From NCBI RefSeq assembly GCF_964355755.1, contig NC_092671.1, positions 18,910,001 through 18,974,000 on the forward strand: DNA of 64,000 nt. The letters are read 5' to 3'. The first letter of the stretch is position 1. Each line of letters opens with the position of its first letter. Made by a program: the position numbers and the translations under genes. The DNA is from Antedon mediterranea. Lineage: Eukaryota > Animalia > Echinodermata. The notes under the pieces are model-generated. The model had not been told where the DNA came from and searched no databases. It saw nothing but the letters and a program-made list of their open reading frames with translations. Shown here one piece after another: positions 1 to 9,030 of this stretch.

Positions 1-719
1 ATTTTCTTTGGTTGTGAGTTTGTTAGATAAGTCATCACTTTGAATTCTTTGTCCTAGGTTCACAGAGCAGGCCTTCATAAAGATTCTTGTTCCATGAATA
101 TCAGTATATGCGTCCAAGTCATTCCTTGGCTGTGGTTGGAGTTTGGATTCAGAAGAGTTTGCAGCTGATGAATTCTGTTCTGAGTTTTCAGACGAAATGC
201 TGATTGTTTCTGTGGAAGATGAAAGTTTTGTCTGTTCATCAACTCTTGAGCCAAGTTGAATGAAGCAGCTTTTCACATTGTGACTGTAGATTCTTGTTTC
301 AAAGTCAATATGATTTTTAGACTTGTTATCAGATATTAAGGTGGATATTTTGTTTTGAAGATTTGGCATCAGATGCTTTTTGTATAACTTCACTTGAAAC
401 ATTTGAAATGCTGTCTGGCTCAGTTTTTCCATCATTGAACCAACTACTAATATCTTTTGGCAAATTGGAGAAAGAATGTTGATTTTTTTTAGGAGGATGA
501 GTGATGAAAATGAAATCCTCCTCACCAGAGTCTTCTGACAAAACATTAATTGTAGTCTTAACTTTTTTGTGTGTGTTACTTGGACCAGAACAAAGTTGTG
601 TATTTTAGCTCTTTTCAGGAGAATCAACAATTGAAGCAGTTTTAATAAAAAAAAAAAATAGTGTTGTGTTGTAGTGTTTGCTGATCGATTTTGGATTGCT
701 CCGAGTTTAGAAACTTTCT

Positions 720-1545
720 AAAAAATGTAAACATAATTGAGATCAGAGAAAACTGAATTGTCTGCTATTCTCTCAGGAAACTTGGCATCCTCACATTTAT
801 ACCATCCTCCAGCACACTCCAGCAAAGAATAGTAGTGTCCACTATGCAATAGTCCTTGGTGATTAGTTTGTAATTAACATTCTGTACGGCGATTTTAAAT
901 GAACCCTTTACAAAAAGAGCATTGTTGAACCTTAAAAGTTCAATGCACAAGTATGGTCCAGACTCTGTGAACTGTTTATCAACAGTAAAGTTCTGTTCAG
1001 ATGGATTTGAACATTTACTGCAGCGCTTATTTACAGTGCTTTGACTGAAATAGCGATTTATCATTGGAGTCTTACTGGTGTTGAAGAGAAAACGATCTGT
1101 CACTTATTGGGTCTTGAACACAAGAAGAACAGTGAGAAGTTCTTAGTGCATGAAACTGATTTTTCATGGTGAATCTGAAGGGATTTTGGTGTGAGGGATA
1201 ACACCGTTGAATGAGAGTATCCATGAATTCCTTGGCATCTTGCTGTGTGCCTACTGCAAAGTCCCCACCAATCAATTTTCGAATTTTAGCAGCACTTTTT
1301 ATTTCTGAAGGTCCTTGAGCAAGAAAAATATTTTTCAATTCACATTTGAGAGAATGGCTAGTCATAGCTTGCACAATATGGTTTCTAATTGAGTAAGTTC
1401 TTCGTAGAACTTGAATTATGCTGTTGCAGAAACAAGCGTTTCTATCATCTCCATTTGCTGTGTTTATGAGAAGGAGTGATTGGAGTTGAAGTTGTTCCTT
1501 GTTTTTAAATAGAAGACGAGTATGAATATGATGTTTACATCCACG
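720..1545 (-). pseudogene. Frameshifted, intronless ubiquitin-specific protease (peptidase C19/USP) catalytic domain
   Basis: Manual translation across three frames gives: Cys box RNACFCNSIIQ (Cys codon 1432-1434), QQDAKEF, CSSC and CSKC finger pairs, LCIELLRF, His box HQGLLHSGHYY (GHY at 832-840), WYKCEDAK, then NYVYIF. At least two frameshifts. A Ser/Glu-rich low-complexity coding remnant continues towards position 1. Confidence 0.8.
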
Positions 1546-1654
1546 TCAAAAAGTAATGAGCCCTCTATCGGTCGTTTGTTTTACCTTATGCATATCCCCC
1601 GCGACTAAAAGTTTGTCTCATGATGCAACGGCCCAATAGAAGCGTTTCATTTCG

Positions 1655-1835
1655 TTTTTAGACGTACACGCGACTCTATAGTTCACTATGTTGGTCGGTC
1701 GGTCTGTCGGGTATCACTTTGCGTTTTTCTGTACTTTTTGAACTGTTTTGATGTACAGAAAAGTATTAAAGTACTTTACTTTTTGAAAGTTCATTTTTTC
1801 TGAGAGCACGCGACTTATGGCTGTTGGCCTTGGTT
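1655..1835 (+). mobile_element. Short non-autonomous element, DINE-1/HINE-like
   Basis: Starts in a T-run. CACGCGACT is repeated at 1667-1675 and 1807-1815, with an internal (GGTC)n-type microsatellite and a short terminal GC hairpin. A related inverted fragment lies at ~21590-21625. Confidence 0.45.
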
Positions 1836-2636
1836 GGAAATGCAGTAATTACTTTAAACGTGTACACCGAATACGAAACAATTTACGATTGGAAAAACAT
1901 TCAATTTTATTATCCTTTGTATTGCATTAACCTTTTTTTTATACCTTAGCTGTATATAAATAAGCATGTAATAAACATTTCATATTAAAGTGGGCATGTA
2001 ACGCTATTGTAAGGGTGGGTATAGCAGGAAAATATTTAAAATTGTGATTTATAATGACCCATTTCAAGGTGATAGTAGCCTGTTTTAACATAATGGTTGA
2101 TAATAATTTATTTATTTTTAGATTTATATACGCCTTTTAGATAATGGGATGTTTATTGCTGGTTCCCAGGTCTGTTCGTTTTCATTATACCCATGCCACT
2201 TCACAAGGTATTGTAGTTTATTCTTTCTTAGTCTGGTCTTTACAATTCTTTCAACACTATATTTTATTTGAAAAAAAAAAGATATTACCACAGTGTTATC
2301 ACACGAGAAACATATATTCTGTATAATATAAGGAGAACAGGACCTACATAACCCTCAAACAACCGCAAACATCAATCCATTCAAAATAATTTGGTTGCGA
2401 ACAATTTTTTTTTTAAATAACTTTTTTAATCAAAAAAACAATATGCAGCAAATCTAATAATCAAGCTTATGGAAATTTTTTTTCATCATCATTTGGTACA
2501 CTTTAAAGTTAACTAGTAGAAATTGGATATTCAAATAAAGCTCTACCTGGATTAAATTACATAGTTATAAAATATGTATATGTAAATGCAATATATTCCT
2601 CAGTTAAAATTATAATTAGGCCTTTTTTGGGCTTAC

Positions 2637-2645
2637 CTTCAGCGC
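2637..2645 (-). CDS. Putative 9-nt micro-exon (GAE)
   Basis: TAG acceptor, AAG|GTAAGC donor, phase 1-1, keeps the frame of the exon chain. The polypyrimidine tract is weak. Confidence 0.35.
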
Positions 2646-2892
2646 CTACCATGTAGAGGTAGGTAGATGTACTGAGTTCTTTATATATGGTTGCGACCTC
2701 TTACCACTTACTTATTTTTAATTTTACATAACACTCAACAAAAATATAGTAAGTTTTGTTGGTAGTGCCCAATGTCCGGTTACTGCAGCTGTGGAGAAGA
2801 TTATTCGTTTCATAATCGTTGTAAGATAATGTCGTCACTAGTTGAAAAAGATTTAAAGTACTGTATTAATGTATTTAGATGATAAGACTTAC

Positions 2893-2913
2893 CTGAATTT
2901 TGGTCAACTCCAA
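2893..2913 (-). CDS. Putative 21-nt micro-exon (VGVDQNS)
   Basis: tttgctttgtacgatAG acceptor, CAG|GTAAGT donor, phase 1-1. Confidence 0.55.
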
Positions 2914-2999
2914 CTATCGTACAAAGCAAACAAATGATAGTTTGTTTTCAATATAAATCTAGAATGCTTAAACACCATCATGTCATCTTGAACACATAC

Positions 3000-3011
3000 C
3001 TGTAGGCTTAT
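3000..3011 (-). CDS. Putative 12-nt micro-exon (DKPT)
   Basis: ttttgttaattAG acceptor, CAG|GTATGT donor, phase 1-1. Confidence 0.5.
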
Positions 3012-3085
3012 CTAATTAACAAAAAGACAATTGATTAATAGATTGTATTACATCTAAAAATGATGATCATGTTTTTTATACACAC

Positions 3086-3145
3086 CTGTACTGTCAGTTC
3101 CTTCATTTTCACCAGATTCTTCGGGGGAGTCTTTGGTTGCATTCT
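3086..3145 (-). CDS. Putative 60-nt exon (ENATKDSPEESGENEGTDST)
   Basis: ttttAG acceptor, CAG|GTGTGT donor, phase 1-1, acidic open frame. Intron flanks are paralogous to those of exons 3569-3642 and 7054-7119. Confidence 0.6.
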
Positions 3146-3568
3146 CTAAAACATAAACATGGTTGACCTCATTAAAACTCTAGCATCAATGGAAAAACCA
3201 ATAATTCCTGATACAACAAAGCTTCTAATAAGATATAATTCGTTGATAGTTTTTTAAGAGTGAGTTACTACAGTCAACCTTGCATAAGTTGGAATCCAAA
3301 ATAGCAATGAAAAAGTTTGAATCTAAAATAGCACTGAAAAATAGTTTGACATCATAGACAAAATTTGACGAGAGATTGTTAATTAATGGAAATGAAGCTA
3401 TGTAAAAAAAAATTGACGTTTTAACAATTTATTATTAACCATGACATGCTCGCAAAGATAACATTTTGTGTTCACATTTTTTAATTTTTATCATATCACT
3501 TTTAAATGGTCATGAGAAGTTCTAAGCGTGAAGAGACTTGTGTAATTCTATCATGATTTTATACACAC

Positions 3569-3642
3569 CTGTATCCTTAATATCGTCTCTTAGGGCATCA
3601 ATCAATTCATCACGTCGGGCTCCTCTTGCATAGGGGCATTCT
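3569..3642 (-). pseudogene. Duplicated exon (paralog of 7054-7119) with a 5-nt insertion; may be rescued by a second AG 2 nt downstream
   Basis: Same splice flanks as its paralogs. From the first AG (74 nt) it hits TGA. From the second AG (72 nt, 3569-3640) it reads ECPYARGARRDELIDALRDDIKDT without a stop. Confidence 0.45.
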
Positions 3643-3685
3643 CTAAAACATTACCAAAATTTGATTGCCTTATTAAAACTCCTAA

Positions 3686-6600
3686 AGGTCAGGTGCAGGC
3701 AAAGTTTGTTTTGGTATTCCTTATACATTTTAGTATAATAACAAGTGTGTTCATCTGTGTTTGGGAATTTTTATGTGTGTTTTTTTTTTTTTTGGTGTGA
3801 GTAAATCTTTTTGAAAATGGTTTATTATTGGCACAGTGGGGGAATAGTTCAAATTGCAAGTTTAAATCCTTATAATTTTAGGCATTTTAAATAAATTGTA
3901 AAAATCAACGGTCATTGAATAAAAAATTTAAAGAAAAATACTATTCTGGTGTCTTTATTTAGTGTAAAGTAGCCATTTTTGCATGGTTGCCAAAAAGTCC
4001 CACTTGCCAAGTTAAAACATTATTTCAATATAGTCCAGTAAAGATAAGTCAAAAATAGGGTGAACCTAGAACAAATTGCAACAGAATTTTTTTTTGTTTT
4101 GTCTGGTAAATATGGTTCAAATGAATATCATATCCAAAGTTTACCAAAATCGGACATCGGGAAGTGGGTTAATTAGCATAAATTCAAAATGGCCGCCATT
4201 TGCTATTTTGAAGCCTCATATCTCTCTAACGGTTGGATTTAGACCACCTAAGTGCATTACGAGTAGATATAAATGTGATATTAAACATTCTAATTAGCAT
4301 ATTTAAATTTTCATATGACGTACTTATGACGTCATATGGTAGTTGTGACGTCATATATTATGTTATAACTGTTTAAATGACATTATACTATTCGAACAAT
4401 TTAGGGACTGCAAGAAAACATGTTTCTTGACATTCTCCTTGTTAAAATGAACATTATTTCCAAAGTTTACCAAAATAGGACGTCAGGAAGTGGGTTAATT
4501 AGCATACATTCAAAATGGCCGCTATTTATCATACCATTTTGAAGCTCCATATCTCCTTAACGCTTGGTTTTAGACCACCTAAGTGCATTGAGAGTAGATA
4601 TAAATGTGATATTAAACTTTGTAATTAGCATATTTAAATTGCCATATAACGTACCTATGATGTCATAAGACATATGACGTCATGTATTTTGTCACAATAA
4701 TGCTCAATTGGCATTATTCTAAGGGGAAAATATAGAAACCGAAAGGAAAAAATGTTTTTAATCTCATGAAAATAGTAGAACATTTACCACATCCAGGTTA
4801 AGATCATGGGTATCAGAAGTTATTCGGCCACCCTTCACAACATGCAATAGAACATTCCAGTTAATTTTCTGCAACTGCAACTTTTTATAACTGCATATAT
4901 ATCTCATATATCTCATATATATTTAAAGAAATAGGATTCTTAATTAAGTAATGAGTCTGGGATTTAATAATTCGACCCCATCCTAAATATGGAGTTGGAT
5001 CACAGTAAGTTTCCAATCCAAAGTACATACATAGAAAATGTAATGTCAAAATACTTCCACCATACATGTAGGCACAGCAAGTCTACTTCATTGGCTTTTC
5101 TGATGTCTTTTTAAATTTTGGACCAAACAGTTCTTGCTTAGAATAGAATGCATCCCCCTGTTTCTTTGCAAGTGCAGAGCATTACAAAGATGTTGCAAAT
5201 TTGCTCCTTAAGATGTTTTCTTTAAGTACCAATTATTCCACTATTTTTTGCTTCTTCTGTCTTAAAACGCAATCGCTTTTTTTAATTATGGCAAAGTAAG
5301 ATATTTAATAGATCCCCATCTGCATTCAAAGTTTCTATTCCATTTTTCTGACATTTTTTGTCAAGGAAGTTGAATACTGTCTTGTCGAAAAAGAAAATAC
5401 TGTAATTAGTAGTGGCAAGAAGTTTGAAAATTACTGTATTACCTTAACAACCCCTTTTTGGATTCCGTTGATGTGTATCTTTTAACTGATGGTTCTTCAT
5501 CCTAGTTAACACTAGGATGAAGTGTCCTTGTTATATGCTCATTGAATCTTGGAAACAGCATTCAAAAGATAAACATTATATAAAACATCATAAAAAGTTG
5601 TTGTCTCATAAATGATCGACACCAAACAGATGCAATGAAATAGCAAATTTGAAAGAGCAGAATGGAGATGCTGACTATCAGTATGACATTTATCATTTTC
5701 ATTTCAATTGAGATGAGTTTGTGGGAATGATGGGTTTGAATAGCCTGACCCACAATCAATCGCCTCATTAAAATATTTTTTTTATTCCTTTACCAATTTA
5801 AAGAGATAAAGTTCTAAAAGATGTAGTTTTAGAAAACACAAAACAAGATGTGCGCTTGAGCACAAATCAGTTTCGGAAATACAGTTGATGATCACCTTTC
5901 ATACGGTTCTGTAGAATATCTATTTTCATAAGATTTTGTAAATGGAAACTTAATGATAAATTTCAATGGTGTTTACATATATATCTACTCGTAATGCACA
6001 TAGGCTGTCTAAACCCAACCGCTAAGGAGATACAGGGCTTCAAAATGGTATTTTGAATTTATGCTAATTGACCCTCTTGAAGTCTGATTTTGGTGAACTT
6101 AGGATATCATGTTCATTTCAACAGGAAATTGTTAGAAAATTGTTTTCCTGCAGTTTCTACATTTTGTAGCATGGGATAATGCCATTTAAGCAGTTATAAC
6201 ATAATATATATGACGTCACAACTACCTTATGACGTCATATTTACGTCATATGGTAATTTAAATGTGCTAATTGGGAAGTTTAATGTCACATTTATATCTA
6301 CTCGCAATGAACTTAGGTGGTCTAAAAACCACCATTAAGGAGATATAGGGCTTCAAAATGATATAGTAAATAGCGGCCATTTTTAATTTATGCTAATTAA
6401 CACACTTCCTGACGTCCGATTTTGGTAAACTTTGGAAATTATGTTCATTTCAACAAGGAGAATGTTAGGAAACTTGTTTTTCTGCAGTTTCTAAATTGTT
6501 CGCATAGTATAATGTCATTTAAGCATTTATAACATAATTTATGACGTCACAACTACCATATGACGTCATAGGTACGTCCTATGGAAATTTAAATATGCCA

Positions 6601-6941
6601 GTTAGAATGTTTAATATCACATTTATATCTACTCGTAATGCATATAGGTGGTCTAAATCCAACCGTTAAGGAGATATGGGGCTTTAAAATAGCAAATGGC
6701 GGCCATTTTGAATTTATGCTAATTAACCCACTTCCCGATGTCCGATTTTGGTAAACTTTGGATATGATGTTCATGTTCACCATATCAACCAAATAAAACA
6801 AAAAAAAATTCTGTTGCAATTTGTTCTAGGTTCAACCATATTTTTACTGGACTAATAAGCTAAATTAGTATGTAAAAATTCTCAACAAATATAGATGAAT
6901 GAATGAATGAATGAATGAATATAGAAAGTGTTTGCCAACAT
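3686..6941. mobile_element. Foldback-type non-autonomous DNA transposon with long, internally repeated TIRs (Kolobok-like)
   Basis: ~4040-4750 is the reverse complement of sequence within ~5970-6850; the mirror ORFs at 4076+ and 6819- are nearly identical. Each arm is built from ~320-bp subrepeats. The left end is CTAA|AGGTCAGG and the right end is degenerate, ending at TTAA. It interrupts the duplicated exon-intron unit. Confidence 0.65.
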
Positions 6942-7053
6942 TTAATAAAACAAAAATAGGATGATTAATACTTTCACAACCGCGTCTGAGACATGTCATG
7001 TCCAGTTCTAAGTGTGAAAAGACTTATTATGTTAAATCATGTTATATACACAC

Positions 7054-7119
7054 CTGTATCGTTAATATCGTCTCTTAGGGCATCATTCATCGACTCCAAC
7101 TCTTGAATAGGTAAATTCA
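7054..7119 (-). CDS. Putative 66-nt exon (VNLPIQELESMNDALRDDINDT)
   Basis: ttttttgtttgAG acceptor, CAG|GTGTGT donor, phase 1-1, open acidic frame. Confidence 0.55.
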
Positions 7120-7299
7120 CTCAAACAAAAAAGGGTTGCCTTATTAAAACTCTAGTTCATGCTATTCTAGGCCTATTTATTTTAACTATAATCAGACTTT
7201 CTGGTAAACAATGCCATTGTATAACTAGCACTATAACACTGTTGTCTCTTGCTATAATCATTGTACTTAAGATTGTTAAGATTTATGAGATAAACACAC

Positions 7300-7317
7300 C
7301 TCCATCATTAAAACAGA
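7300..7317 (-). CDS. Putative 18-nt micro-exon (xCFNDG)
   Basis: tctttcatactacAG acceptor, GAG|GTGTGT donor, phase 1-1. Confidence 0.5.
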
Positions 7318-7392
7318 CTGTAGTATGAAAGAATGAATGCGATCTGGTGGTGGAGGATCCAATGTCAGTCATCTTTCTGTAAATAAATGAAT

Positions 7393-7532
7393 TAGTTATT
7401 TATATTTGAAAAAGTAATTATCTCAGATTTCTTGAGAATTTGTTGCAGACTCTCGATTCAATAGGATGATGGGTTTTTGAAAGTCATTCCTTCTGGAAGA
7501 CCCGTAATTTTCCACTTTCCTTTCTCAATTTC
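7393..7532 (-). pseudogene. GTF2I-like (TFII-I I-repeat) C-terminal half, with an internal stop
   Basis: Translates as EIEKGKWKITGLPEGMTFKNPSSY*IESLQQILKKSEIITF. This matches the I-repeat signature GLPEGxxFxxPxxYGxxxLxxILxxxxxIxF, with TGA at the conserved Gly position. Confidence 0.6.
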
Positions 7533-7600
7533 TGTTTCGATATTCAAACTGATAAAAAAACTCGTGAACTCAGATTGACTTGAATAGTGGATTTATTGTG

Positions 7601-8949
7601 CTTTGTGCAAAGCTTTTTTGCTTTGCTATGCGCTTAACCATGGCGGTTGTTTTTAACAATTTGTCGAAGCTTCCAAATCTTTTAATGTTAATAGGGCTTT
7701 CTATCATTTCCTCTACGTCTGCCACCATGATCACTCCAACTCTTTCTGGTATGTCCGAAACGCTACAACTCTGAGAGATTGGCCATTGCTCTAAAGGATT
7801 TCTCATGAATTCTGGCCCCTGGAACCACTGTTTATTCTCTTCTAAACATTTGCTCGTAATACTCCTAGAAATAATATCTGCAATGTTATCTTTGCCGGCA
7901 ACCCAGAACCAGTCAGTAGAGTCACTAAACTGCTGAATTTCTCCTATTCTGGTCGCAGCGAATGTTTTAAAACCATAGCTCTCTTTCTGTATCATGGATC
8001 GGACAATTTCGCTGTCTACTAGGTATAAAACCCTTACAAACGGGATTCTGCTCTCTTATCTGATTGTTTTTGCTAGTCGCACACTCATTACTGCCGCGCT
8101 CAACTCCAACCTGACTATACTTGTTATTCTCACGGGGGCAACTCTACTTTTAGCAGCCATCAAGCGAGATTCGAAGACCCCAAGATTCGTCTCATATCTG
8201 ATGTAGGCAACTGTCCCCATAGCTTCTTCTGAGGCATCTGAGAACATTATCAACGTAGGGTTTTCGCTTTGTTTGCTTGGTTTTACACTTCGAGGTATTG
8301 ACACCTTTTCGCAATTTTTAACATCCTTTAGAAAGCTGCGCTATTCGTCTAAGTCTCCCGGCTCAATTTCTTGATCCCAATCCACCTTCTTTCCCCACAA
8401 ATTTCTCAGTAGTATCTTTGCTCTTACGGTCACCGGAGATAGTAACCCCAATGGATCATATATGGAATTGGCTGCACCTAAGCATTTCCTCTTAGTCAGG
8501 CTTCCTACTTCTTCGCAGTACGTTGGTACTGGTACCTTTAGCTTATCGTCTCGGGGGTTCCATTCTAACCCTAAAAATTTTGTAGTGTCCATGTTTACAC
8601 CTGAGATGGTCCATTCTTTTACATTGAAACTTCCTTTGCTCAGTATAGCGTTGATCTCTTCGGATCTCTCGTAGGCCTTTTCTACGGTCTGTAGATTATC
8701 GGCTATATCGTCCATATACACGTTTTCCTGTAGCGTTTGTGCTGCTTCCGGAAACAGTTCTGCCGAAAGCTCTGCTGTCTTTTGTAGTGCTCTTATAGCC
8801 ATAGTAGCAGATGGTCCATCTCCAAAATTCACCGCTGTGACACAAGAAGTGTGAATTGGACGATCTATCTCCATATTCCTCCAAAGAAAGCGATGGGTAT
8901 GCTGGTCCAACATTGAAATATCAATACTGTGGTACATTTTCTTGATATC
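7601..8949 (-). pseudogene. BEL/Pao pol, RT C-terminal part and RNase H (stops and frameshifts)
   Basis: Resumes exactly at DIKKMYHSI after the LINE, then HRFLWR, YMDD, YDPLG, FSDAS. Split over three ORFs. Confidence 0.85.
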
Positions 8950-9030
8950 TTACTTGAATCTTACTTGAATCTTCGGGCTCTTGATTAAGGCAAATGCCTT
9001 TTAAACGCCCTCCATTTCTTCTGTATTTAT

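Noticed and set aside
4076-6819. Mirror ORFs MQQNFFLF... on opposite strands
   Set aside because: By-product of the inverted arms, with non-ATG starts and no domain.
7458-7460. In-frame TGA in the GTF2I-like fragment as selenocysteine
   Set aside because: It aligns to a conserved Gly (GGA>TGA), not Cys, and no SECIS was seen.
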